A stretch of DNA of 64,000 nucleotides from Alphaproteobacteria bacterium (GTDB taxonomy: Bacteria > Pseudomonadota > Alphaproteobacteria > CALKHQ01), in the NCBI GenBank assembly GCA_965227515.1, contig CBDDFZ010000001.1, forward strand, positions 3,424,001-3,488,000. Reading direction: 5' to 3'. Below are positions 52,311-61,446 of this stretch, piece after piece. Each line of letters begins with the position of its first letter. Within the stretch, counting starts at the first letter, position 1. The notes below the pieces were generated by a model that saw only the letters and a program-made list of their open reading frames with translations, made no database searches and was not told where the DNA came from. The position numbers were made by a program, and so were the translations under genes.

Positions 52311-52733
52311 CTATTGGCCCCCGTACAGGATGTCGTTGATCTCGTCGGCGGTGGTGGTCTGGGTCTCCGCGTTCGACGACTGGTCGCCCTCGGAGTTCTG
52401 GTCGCTGCCGACGAACACGTTCGCGCCCTGGCCGGCCATCACGCACAGGATGTTGCCCGCGCTGGTGGACGACGTCGGGCCCGTACCGGCACAGACGAGG
52501 GTCTCGTCGTCGATGCTGCCGGCACCGATGCCGATCCCCCCGTTCTGGTCGTCCATCTCACGCATGTAGACGGCCATGGATGCGGTGTGATCGCGATTGT
52601 TGAACGAGAACGGTTCCTTGAACCCCTGGGCCGATGCCGACGGGGCGACGGCCGAGATCACCAGGCCAGCGACCAGAACAGACACCGGGCCGATGGCACC
52701 TCGCTGTAAAGTTGCAGACATTGGATTTCCCAT
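52311..52733 (-). CDS. Secreted HfaA-like (curlin nucleator-like) protein
   Basis: Signal peptide (ASA). C-terminal SSTSAGNILCV..G.GANVFVGSDQ.SEG resembles the HfaA 'TAIGNNL.V...G..NTVIV.S.Q.N.G' motif. Confidence 0.6.
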   Translation of the reverse strand: MGNPMSATLQRGAIGPVSVLVAGLVISAVAPSASAQGFKEPFSFNNRDHTASMAVYMREMDDQNGGIGIGAGSIDDETLVCAGTGPTSSTSAGNILCVMAGQGANVFVGSDQNSEGDQSSNAETQTTTADEINDILYGGQ

Positions 52734-52809
52734 GGTTTACTCGCCGTGCACCGATGGCTGTGACAGGTGGTCGGTGCACGGTCGACGCTGTTGACGCGGC
52801 GGCGGCTGA

Positions 52810-52833
52810 GGGGCGGCGCATTCGCGCCGCCCC
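52810..52833 (-). terminator. Intercistronic hairpin after the major-subunit candidate
   Basis: GGGGCGGCGC-ATTC-GCGCCGCCCC, 20 nt past the stop of 52854-53705. Confidence 0.55.
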
Positions 52834-52853
52834 CGCTCCAGGACAAACCCGCT

Positions 52854-53705
52854 CTATTCGAGCGCGTCGGCCAGAGAGCCGTCGAGAACCGTGATCGAAG
52901 CGGTGTTGCCCACGGCGATCGCGGCGTTGTTGACCAGCGGACGGGTCTCGGAGACGCCGCCAAGATCGCTGGCGAACACACCGAAGACCAACGCGTTGGC
53001 CGTACCGTCGAAGTTGGCCGACTGGTTGATGTTGGCCATCAGGAAGTTGTCGGTGTCGACACCGTCGCCCTGATCCGGGTTCGGGCCGCAACCGTAGTGC
53101 CCATAGCGGCACGGGTTGTACGAGCTGCCAACTTCAGTCGTCAGGCCGCTCTCGCCGGTGGCCGACGGGTCCAGGGTGATCGACACGGAGTTGCCGACGA
53201 CCTGGGCGGTGTTGTCGACCGACGCGTTGAAGACCAGGCCGACGACCGCATTCGCGTCGAACTCGGCTTCGCCGTGCCAGTCGTTGTCCGACACCTTCTG
53301 GTCGATGTCAGCCTGGACGGACACCTGGGACTCGATGCTGGCGGAGTTGCCAATCGCTGCCGCCACGTTGTCCACGGTCGGCTCGATGGAAGCGGTCTCC
53401 ACATCCGGCTCGTTGTTCCAGCCGCCCCAGCCATGGTGACCACCATGCTTGGAGTCGGTGTCCGGGTCGTTGACGACACCGATCACGACCGCATTGGCTT
53501 CCAGATCGCCCTTGAAGTCCTGGTCGATCTCAACGATCGTGGCACCGGCCGGATCGATCTTGATATCGACGTCAACGTCGACATCGATCTCGGTATCCGC
53601 GTCCAGTTCCCATTCCCACTTGCTGCGGTCGAACGCCAAGGCCGACGAGGCCATGCCGGCGGTCAATGCCAACGCGGTGGCTGACAGTAGTAGTTTGCGC
53701 TGCAT
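52854..53705 (-). CDS. Secreted repeat protein, HfaD/curlin-like putative amyloid fibre subunit
   Basis: Signal peptide (ALA) and three imperfect repeats I(D/N)Q...ANA(V/L)V...V(D/N)N.A..(I/V)GN(S/T).SI. Start codon directly follows the TAA of the upstream hfaB-like gene. Confidence 0.7.
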   Translation of the reverse strand: MQRKLLLSATALALTAGMASSALAFDRSKWEWELDADTEIDVDVDVDIKIDPAGATIVEIDQDFKGDLEANAVVIGVVNDPDTDSKHGGHHGWGGWNNEPDVETASIEPTVDNVAAAIGNSASIESQVSVQADIDQKVSDNDWHGEAEFDANAVVGLVFNASVDNTAQVVGNSVSITLDPSATGESGLTTEVGSSYNPCRYGHYGCGPNPDQGDGVDTDNFLMANINQSANFDGTANALVFGVFASDLGGVSETRPLVNNAAIAVGNTASITVLDGSLADALE

Positions 53706-54536
53706 TTAAAGATCCTCCTCTTGCAGGCTGTAGGGATATTCGAGCGACACGAGCCCGCACTCGGGCGAGCCCGGCAGCCCCAGACCCTCCGTCATCATCA
53801 GGTATGCGAACATTTCGACGACGGAGCGGACACCGATCTGCAGCGGTTCGTTGCGAACCGAGCCGGCGTCCAGTTCGACCAGTGTGTCCCCAAAGAACCG
53901 GAACACGTTGGTCTCCACTTCGAAGCCGTAGATCTGCTTCTGAAGTGACTTGGCGTACACGACCGAGAAATCGCGTGAATCGATCACGCGCCCGTCGATC
54001 GCGACGTTGATGACGACGGTTCTGGCGCCTGCGCCGATCCCGTCGATCCACAAGCCGAGGCCATCGCTGGCCACGCTGTAATTCAGTTCCGTCAGCGCCC
54101 CGAGCACCACGAAGTCGCTGCCGACCACCTTGCTGCGATAAGCGCTGAACGGCCGGTCGAGCAGGCCCTGCTCTGCCATGGCGATCTCGGCCAGCGGAAT
54201 GCGCAGGTCGTAGCGCTCGACCAGCTCGGCCTTGTTCGTCTTGAACAGCGCGCTGGTCATCATCTCGGCCACGCCCTGGGACAGCGCGTAACCGTCTGCC
54301 TCGAAGTTGATCTGGCCGCTCTTGTCGCTGACGTCGCCGACGGCGATCGTCGGCAGGTTGCTGCCCGGCAACGACGCAAGCTGCGTCAGGCACGCGCTGT
54401 AAGGCGTATCGTTGCTGGTGACCGGAAAACTGTATTGCGGCTGAACGCTTTCCGTCCCTCCAGTGGTGAGGGGCGCGCAATTGGCGACGGCGAGACAAGC
54501 AATGACTGCAATCGAGGTCGTATTTGTCTGTCGCAT
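53706..54536 (-). CDS. CsgG/HfaB family outer-membrane secretion lipoprotein (copy 1)
   Basis: Lipobox-like VANC; PVTSNDTPYS, IAVG.VSDKSGQ, LVERYD, GALTELNY, NVAIDGR, SLQKQI.G and EPLQIGVR as in HfaB. Confidence 0.88.
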   Translation of the reverse strand: MRQTNTTSIAVIACLAVANCAPLTTGGTESVQPQYSFPVTSNDTPYSACLTQLASLPGSNLPTIAVGDVSDKSGQINFEADGYALSQGVAEMMTSALFKTNKAELVERYDLRIPLAEIAMAEQGLLDRPFSAYRSKVVGSDFVVLGALTELNYSVASDGLGLWIDGIGAGARTVVINVAIDGRVIDSRDFSVVYAKSLQKQIYGFEVETNVFRFFGDTLVELDAGSVRNEPLQIGVRSVVEMFAYLMMTEGLGLPGSPECGLVSLEYPYSLQEEDL

Positions 54537-54850
54537 TGCGCGAACCCCCAACACTGTTGCTGCTCCGAACTTCGGACCAGGTGCGACGGGGTGCGGGAAA
54601 CAAGAGTGCAACCGATCCGTCGCGTCCCGAAATACTAGACGCCGACTAAGGCAACTCAAGAGAACATGCGTATTAGCCTCAATTGATGGTCTGCTCTTCT
54701 GGATAGTTATTTGGCTTAATACCTTGGGGATTAATCCCATCGGCGGGGTCGGTCCGGGCCTACCCCTTTGGGCCAAACCGCCGCGAACGGCCCGGGCGCG
54801 CGAGTGCGCCGGCCGACCGGAAAGACTCTCGAAACGTCGTGGGAGTTGGG

Positions 54851-56101
54851 CTACTCGGCGCCGATCGACCGCTGCACGCCGGAGGCCACGAGCGCCCGCA
54901 GGGCGGGCCTGGCCTCTTCCCAATCGGGCACGCGCCTGGGTGCCGCGCCCTCGATCTTTACCGGCAGCGTTCGCGGCGCCTTGCGTTCGACGGCCAGGCT
55001 CACCAGCGAACGCTCCGCCGACGCGAATGCGTACTTGTAGGCCTCGTTGCCGCGCAGGAAGTCATAGATCTGAAACCCGTTCGCGATGGCGTACCGCAGC
55101 GAATAGGCGTGCAGCACGAAGCCTGGCGGCGGGTTGTTGGTGGTCGTGTCGCAACCGCTGACCATGAACAGCAAGCTGCGCTTCCGCGCGTCGATGATCG
55201 TGCCGAGCGCCCCCATCGGCTGGTCGCCGCGCCAGAGCACGGGCAGCAGAAGCGCGTGGCCTACCCCAATACGCGTCAGCATGACCCGCAGGTTGTTGCA
55301 GATCGTGTCCGTGCGCTCGCGCTTGCGCGGCGCCCATTTCCGCCGCCAGAAACCGAGCAGGATCTCGATATCACGGTCCAGGGTCTCGGCCGTGGCCAGG
55401 CGGATGGATATATCGCTGGTCTCATCGTCGACCTTGCGCAGGAAACGCCGGGCTTTCTGGCGCGTGTTGCGCCCGAGACCATCGAGGAACTGGTCCCAAT
55501 CGGCCGGCAGGCGCGCGAACGGACAGACGAGCTGGTCGACCGCGTCGCCGCGGTCTTCCTCGTCAGGTTCGGAGCGCGCGTGGACGGCGCCGCCGCCGCG
55601 CACCATCTCGACCGCGAATTGGCGCCGCGGGAAGCAGTTCGCCAGCAGCCTCGACCGTTCGGCCGACGCACAGATGTTCTCGAATTTCAGGGTGGTCCAC
55701 GGCATGTGCCGGAGATATTTGCCCAGCGCCAGCACGGCCTTGGTCTGGTAGCGCGGCATGCACAGAATGCCGGTATAGTCGGCAACCCGGTTGCCCAGCA
55801 TCGCCAGCTCGAAACCACGCCCGCCGCGCGCGCCGGCGATCGTGCGGATCCGCAACGGCAGGAATGCCACATAAGGCGATGTGGACTCATCGGGGCGGAT
55901 CGCCAGGATGCACCAGTCGATCTTCGTGACCTGCACCCAGTTCCAGATCCAGTCCCACGACAGGAAGAATTGTGCATCGGGATCGTCAGCGTAGACCGCG
56001 TCCCAGTGTGGTTTGATCCGGCGCAAGTCGCGCAGCGTCCGCAGCGCACTGATCACCATGACGCAGGCCCTAGCATGCTCGGCCGCGGGTCCGCGCACCA
56101 C
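54851..56101 (-). CDS. GNAT acetyltransferase, CelD/BcsL (Acetyltransf_6) type
   Basis: W..VY..DP..QFFLSW.W, GN.VADY, PGFVLH..SL.YAI..G...YDFLRGNEAYK. Alternative ATG at 56059. Confidence 0.85.
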   Translation of the reverse strand: MVRGPAAEHARACVMVISALRTLRDLRRIKPHWDAVYADDPDAQFFLSWDWIWNWVQVTKIDWCILAIRPDESTSPYVAFLPLRIRTIAGARGGRGFELAMLGNRVADYTGILCMPRYQTKAVLALGKYLRHMPWTTLKFENICASAERSRLLANCFPRRQFAVEMVRGGGAVHARSEPDEEDRGDAVDQLVCPFARLPADWDQFLDGLGRNTRQKARRFLRKVDDETSDISIRLATAETLDRDIEILLGFWRRKWAPRKRERTDTICNNLRVMLTRIGVGHALLLPVLWRGDQPMGALGTIIDARKRSLLFMVSGCDTTTNNPPPGFVLHAYSLRYAIANGFQIYDFLRGNEAYKYAFASAERSLVSLAVERKAPRTLPVKIEGAAPRRVPDWEEARPALRALVASGVQRSIGAE

Positions 56102-56117
56102 TGCCGGCGGGTCCGGC

Positions 56118-56558
56118 TCATCGCCCGGTTCCGTTCAGGATCTGCTCGATGCTGGCGGCGACCGACGTCACCGGCGGCAGGTCCGCAATGTCCCCCCGCA
56201 GGTCGGTATTGCCCATGTCGAACTGCGGCAGGTCGAAGACCTGGCGCACCGACACGGTGCACATCGCCTCGCGGGCCGCACCGTCGGCGGCCGGCTGGTC
56301 ATCGCAGTCCAACCGCATATCGGCGGACCCGATGACCAGCGCGGCACTCGTTGCGCGGAGGGGCCGGGGTTCGGGTTGCGCGGGTGCGGATTGGGCGCGC
56401 TCCCGGGCATCCTCCGACGCAACCTCGGTGTCGTCCGCCATGCCATTGTGCGAAACGGCCAGCATGACGGACACGGCGGTCAGGAGAAGCGGTCCATGCC
56501 ACCGCCTGGCAATCTGACGGTCCAGGCGGTGACGGACGCTGTGGCGGGTGGCAGGCAT
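56118..56558 (-). CDS. Hypothetical exported protein of the CsgG/HfaB cluster
   Basis: Hydrophobic segment PLLLTAVSVMLAV, two Cys, ends SIEQILNGTGR; fills the gap between hfaB-like copy 2 and the GNAT gene. Confidence 0.55.
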   Translation of the reverse strand: MPATRHSVRHRLDRQIARRWHGPLLLTAVSVMLAVSHNGMADDTEVASEDARERAQSAPAQPEPRPLRATSAALVIGSADMRLDCDDQPAADGAAREAMCTVSVRQVFDLPQFDMGNTDLRGDIADLPPVTSVAASIEQILNGTGR

Positions 56559-56583
56559 CGTGCGGTTCCCTTGCCTTGCCGGC

Positions 56584-57549
56584 TCACTTGGGACCGAACT
56601 CGCCGGCGCCGCCGCTCGCACCGCCGCTCGACCCGCCCGAGTTGCTGGCAGGAGCAGCGCCTCCCCCCGGCGCGCCGCTGCCAGATCCGCCACTTGTCGG
56701 TGCCGCGGAGCCATCGCCCCCGTAGCCCGCGGTCACGACCTCGAACGGGTACTCCAGGTCGATCAATTCGCAACCCGAAGCGCCGGGCAGGCCCAGCCCC
56801 TCGGTCAGCATGTTGTAGACGAACATCTCCACGACCGAGCGCACGCCGATCTGCAGCGGCTCATTGCGGATCGAGCCGCCCTGGAACTCGACCAGGGTGC
56901 TGCCGAAGAACCGGAACACGTCGGCTTCGACCTCGTAGCCGTAGATCTGTTTTTGCAGGGACCGCGCGTAGACCACCCGGAAGGTGCTGGATTCGACCAG
57001 GCGGGCGTCGATGGCGACATTGATGACGACCGTGCGCGCGCTGCCGCCGATGCCGGCGACCCACAGGCCCAGCCCGTCGCTGGTGATGTTGTAGTTCAGC
57101 TCCGTCAGCGCGCCGAGCACGATGAAATCGGTACCGGGAATGTTGCCCTGATAACTGCCGAAGGGCCGGTCGAGCAGGCCTCGCTCCGACAGCGCGATCT
57201 CGGCGAGCGGCACCCGCAGGTCGTAGCGTTCGACCATGTCGGTGATGCCGGTGCGATAAAGCGCGCTCGACATCATTTCCGCGACGCCCTGGGTCAGGGC
57301 ATTGCCGTTCTCATCGTAGTTGATCTGGCCCGTCTTGTCGGCGATCTCGCCGACCGCCACGACCGGCCGGTTGCCCACCTGGAGCGTGCTGAGCTGGTCC
57401 AGGCAGGTACTATAGGGAGTCCCGTTATATGTGACCGGGAACGCGTATTGCGGCGTTACACCTGTGTTCCCGTAAATGGCTTGCGGAGCACAACCGCCTG
57501 CAACGGCAAGAACCGTTGCCAGTACGGGCGCGATTACACGGTAGGACAT
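56584..57549 (-). CDS. CsgG/HfaB family outer-membrane secretion lipoprotein (copy 2, Gly/Ser-rich tail)
   Basis: Lipobox AGGC, same HfaB motifs as copy 1, tail SGGSGSGAPGGG...; GGAGG RBS. Confidence 0.88.
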   Translation of the reverse strand: MSYRVIAPVLATVLAVAGGCAPQAIYGNTGVTPQYAFPVTYNGTPYSTCLDQLSTLQVGNRPVVAVGEIADKTGQINYDENGNALTQGVAEMMSSALYRTGITDMVERYDLRVPLAEIALSERGLLDRPFGSYQGNIPGTDFIVLGALTELNYNITSDGLGLWVAGIGGSARTVVINVAIDARLVESSTFRVVYARSLQKQIYGYEVEADVFRFFGSTLVEFQGGSIRNEPLQIGVRSVVEMFVYNMLTEGLGLPGASGCELIDLEYPFEVVTAGYGGDGSAAPTSGGSGSGAPGGGAAPASNSGGSSGGASGGAGEFGPK

Positions 57550-58154
57550 GAAACCCTCCACACCCCGTGCCGTTTGAAAGCTAGTCATTGCCGGTGCTTA
57601 GGCTGCACCACTGTGTCGGCACGGTTCCGAACTGAATGGCAAACGGCCTTTCGGCCTGACTTGAGTTGAGGAAAGATTAAACGGAACAAAACCAACAGCA
57701 ATATCTATAACGGCCTAAGCATTTTGAGGGTTTTACTTATGATATGATACCATCCGTTCGGATGATCATCTTCCGGCTATTGTGCGAAATGTTGCGCCGC
57801 GCGACTGCACCGGCCACGCAATCCGCCGGCGCTGGCCGCATGGCGCGCGCAAGGGGACCCGCACGCGCCATGCCTTCGAAATTTTGACGCCTTGTCCGGG
57901 GTGAACCTTCGGGATCCCTCATCCATTCGCGATCCTTCGTGCGAGGGAGTGAGAAACCTAACACTCTCCAACGTCGCAATGACGCCCTGATTTCCTGTCA
58001 GGGCAAGCACTTAGAGCGACCCATAAGTATATTCCTGTGTTAGGCCACTAACATTACTGATGCTTTCTCTTTTCCATTCCGCCTTCATTTCTTGAACATA
58101 CCTTTGGCGCTACTATATTGAGGTAAGCAAATGGAGTAGGAATGGAGATCAAAG

Positions 58155-58655
58155 ATGCGGCGGATGATTGCCATACTGGCGTGCACTCTGGTCGGCGTTT
58201 CGCACGCACAGGCCGATCCGACAGGCAAGGTGTTCGAATTCCACCAGCCGGCGATCGGGGTGACCGGTCCAGGGCCGAGCCCAGCGTACACGGAAGCCAT
58301 CGTCCAACAGCAGATTGACGGCACGCGTCCTGGCCCGGTCTACGCGGGTCCCGGCGATCACTTGTTCTATGCCACGGATACCGGCACCGGCGTGGTGGTC
58401 TTTCAGCATCCAGCCAGCCGACCTGCCTATGGTCTCTCGGCCGGCGGCACCAACGCGGTCGTTCTCTACGTCAAGGGCGGACCGCGCGATAATGTGCGCG
58501 GCTTGATCCCAAACCCGAATGCGTCGGTCGACAGCTGGACGGCGATGGCGGCGGGCCTGCCGGCGCCGGACCAGGGGTGGATCCTGCAAGGGCATCCGCC
58601 GTCACCGATCAACGCCTGGGTTCGCCAAGCGCTCGCGTTGCCGGCAGCGGAATAG
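58155..58655 (+). CDS. Secreted hypothetical protein (CsgF-like N-terminal motif)
   Basis: GGAG RBS, signal peptide (AQA), mature N-terminus DPTGKVFEFHQPAIG. Confidence 0.65.
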   Translation: MRRMIAILACTLVGVSHAQADPTGKVFEFHQPAIGVTGPGPSPAYTEAIVQQQIDGTRPGPVYAGPGDHLFYATDTGTGVVVFQHPASRPAYGLSAGGTNAVVLYVKGGPRDNVRGLIPNPNASVDSWTAMAAGLPAPDQGWILQGHPPSPINAWVRQALALPAAE

Positions 58656-58793
58656 TGCCGGGCATGCGTTGTTGACGCGGTCCGACCGCCGGCCGTCGAT
58701 ACTGACTGCCCGCTATCTATCGGCCGGGCGCTTCAGGCTGCGGCGTTTCAGGCCCCGGTACGGCACCCCTGGGGGATGGAGTGCCCGCCCACG

Positions 58794-59696
58794 TCACGAC
58801 ACTAGGCGACCGCTGCGCCGTTGCAGGCTGCCCGGTATCGTTGGCATGTTCTCGACCGCCCAGATCGCGGCTTGTGTGCGATTGGACAGCCCCAGCTTGC
58901 GCAGCAGGTTCTTCAGGTGTGCCTTCACCGTCGCTTCCGAGATCGCCAGGTCCATCGCGATCACCTTGTTCGCCTCGCCACGGGCGACCAGCTTGAGGAT
59001 CTCGCTTTCGCGATCAGTCAGCTTGACGTCCTGACTGCCCCGTGCGGATGAGGGGTTGCCCTCGATAACCGACAACGGCGTCGTGCCACGCCAATCTTCT
59101 ATCGGCCTGCCCAGTGTGGCGGTATGACCGTTGTGCCCCTGACCGAGACCGCGCACCACGCCCTCGTCCCTTCGCCCGTGGGGCTCGGGTCGGCTGTCTT
59201 CACCGGAATCGGTTCCAGACTCCGCCGCGCACGCATTCCCGTTATCCTGCTTAGGCACGGCCTTGCCCTGGCTCGCCAGAGCCTCGGCAACGCCGCCGAT
59301 GTATTCGCGCAAGCGACGCGGGAATACCAATTGGCCCTGCAGAACGGCCTTTACGGACACCAGCATGGTGTCCCACGAGACGTTCTTGTCGATATAGCCG
59401 CTTGCCCCGCAGGCCGCGGACGCGCGGAGTGCCTGACTGTCGCTGGAAAAATCGGTGAGCAATACAATTTTTGCAAATGGATAGAAGACCTGAATACGAT
59501 CGATCCACTCATTCACGGAATAGGCCAGACCCGGCAGCTCGGTGAGAACAAGGTCGACGCTTTCGTCGTGTTCGACCGATATGTCCGGGTCCGCAATATT
59601 GTGCGCACGAGCGACGTAATACCCGCTTTCCGTGAGCAGTCGAACCAACCCCTCTCGAAACAGTTGGTTTGGCTCCAAGACAACAATCTGGTGCAT
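58794..59696 (-). CDS. LuxR/NarL-family response regulator with atypical receiver (CsgD/VpsT-like)
   Basis: HTH: LTDRESEILKLVARGEANKVIA..LAISEATVKAH..NLLRKL...NRTQAAIWA. Receiver has VVLEP and LVLTE where the acidic pocket and phospho-Asp normally lie. Confidence 0.88.
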   Translation of the reverse strand: MHQIVVLEPNQLFREGLVRLLTESGYYVARAHNIADPDISVEHDESVDLVLTELPGLAYSVNEWIDRIQVFYPFAKIVLLTDFSSDSQALRASAACGASGYIDKNVSWDTMLVSVKAVLQGQLVFPRRLREYIGGVAEALASQGKAVPKQDNGNACAAESGTDSGEDSRPEPHGRRDEGVVRGLGQGHNGHTATLGRPIEDWRGTTPLSVIEGNPSSARGSQDVKLTDRESEILKLVARGEANKVIAMDLAISEATVKAHLKNLLRKLGLSNRTQAAIWAVENMPTIPGSLQRRSGRLVS

Positions 59697-60769
59697 CCTA
59701 CACCCCCAAAAAGCATGGCCGGACGGGCCATGTTCGAAATGGCTTTGGGGCGGGACCGCACGACACATTCAGCGCTGCCGCACATCCGCAGGCTCGCCGC
59801 AATTCCGGAAATGGGCGTTAGAGATAGAAGCCGAGCGTCGCTTGACGTAGAATATTCAACTATTTAGTGCGCTCTTCTTCCATCGTGCGATAATGCGTCA
59901 ACCGCAGGACGACACAGCCTGCGAAATCGACCCAGCCCTTTGGAATTCAAACGAAAAATAAAGCCCCCCAGACGCCATTCCATTCCCCCATTTGAATGCG
60001 TCGTAACTCGAAACCACATTAGCCAAAGCTCACCAACCAGCGATGGCAGGAATGCCGCTCCGAGCGAGAAAACTCTAACAGGTATGATTGCAGTTTGTTA
60101 ACCGTGCTCACGAATTCGTGAAAAATTAGCCGCATAGGAATGCAAATCGATTACCACAAAAATACACACATACGTGTGGCATACTGCAGATTTGCAAGTT
60201 CCGCACAACGATAGGGGCAATTGACCAGGCGCTCAAGCACTCCCAGTCTCTTTGTCATTGACTTGCCATAAGTTACATTTTTTTAAATCTACCGCCGGCA
60301 AGCCAGCCCAGTCCCGGTGCCAGCCGCCTCCGACAACGCCTTCTCTTACCTCAACCGTCGTCTGGTTGTCACAATATCCGCTCCGATCAATCTATCCACG
60401 AACTCGCAGGTGGAGCACCGCTGTCGTGAGAGCAGCACCAATACATCTGGCCGGCCGCAGACATCGTCGTCAATGCGAGCCAGCCGCCCTCAACACCGCC
60501 TGGATGGCGGCGCGCCGGCCCTGCAAGTCCGTGCATTCTCTGCCCGTCGACTTACACCTTTGTCGAATGCAAAGGCATACCATCGGGTAATTGACCCGCA
60601 CAATTGCGTCACTGCTCAATGTTCGTGAAATAACAAACACGGCACGGCGCGTGCCGAATGCTCGCATTGTCGCGCAATGTCTTGTGTTTGTCGTTGTAGA
60701 CAGGCCCGCGGCGGTGGGCTGGTGGCGCACGCCGCCGAACCGCCGCATCGGCTCGCCAGGGAAGAGGAA

Positions 60770-61396
60770 ATGGTCCGTTGGCAACATCTCATTCGGTTTG
60801 TGGGCGCCATGTTGGCGCTGACGGCCCTCGGCGCCTGTTCCGAGCGTCTGCTGCCGCCACCGGGTGCGTACGTCCTGAACACCGACATCAGCGGAAGCCT
60901 GGTTATCGATGAGAAGACCAACTGCGCCTTCGTTCGCACCATCGATGCGCTGACGATCGAGATCCTCGACGAGCCACGCCGGCCCGCCGCGGTCACGCTG
61001 GGCTGGCGCGACACGTTGGCCGAAAGCGATCATCCGGCGGATTGCGATCTTGCGCTGGCGGCGATGGAGCCGGAAGGGCGGAAAGTCACGGAACAGCCCG
61101 TGCTACCGGACGCCAACGGTGCCTATGTGCACCACTTCACGGCGATCGGTCACGACTGCCCGGCCGGGGATGCGGTCTGTCCTGACGGCTCGCTCGCGTT
61201 TCCCCACTACTTGAGCTTCGCCTATCGGCCCGATGATTTCGTGGACAGCCTGCTCAGTGACACCGGGCCGGTGCTGCGTGGCTACTACGAGTTCGCGCTC
61301 GAGTTCGAACCCGCCAGTGGAGTCGGGTTCCTGCAATCCTATATCCAGACCGAATTCAGCCTGCCCGCCAGCGCGCGGGTCGTCGGCGCGCAATAG
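60770..61396 (+). CDS. Hypothetical lipoprotein
   Basis: AGAGGA RBS, lipobox LGAC and several Cys. Confidence 0.7.
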   Translation: MVRWQHLIRFVGAMLALTALGACSERLLPPPGAYVLNTDISGSLVIDEKTNCAFVRTIDALTIEILDEPRRPAAVTLGWRDTLAESDHPADCDLALAAMEPEGRKVTEQPVLPDANGAYVHHFTAIGHDCPAGDAVCPDGSLAFPHYLSFAYRPDDFVDSLLSDTGPVLRGYYEFALEFEPASGVGFLQSYIQTEFSLPASARVVGAQ

Positions 61397-61446
61397 CGCT
61401 CGGCTGCCGGCAACACAGCCGGGTGGCAAACGGAAAGCCGCAGAAC

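Noticed and set aside
52311-57549. Canonical curli (csgBAC/DEFG) or hfaABD gene symbols
   Set aside because: No canonical curlin repeats are present and gene order and content differ; only family-level similarity is supportable.
59850-60700. Short ORFs in the AT-rich region upstream of the LuxR gene
   Set aside because: No RBS, atypical codon usage and no motifs; treated as regulatory DNA.
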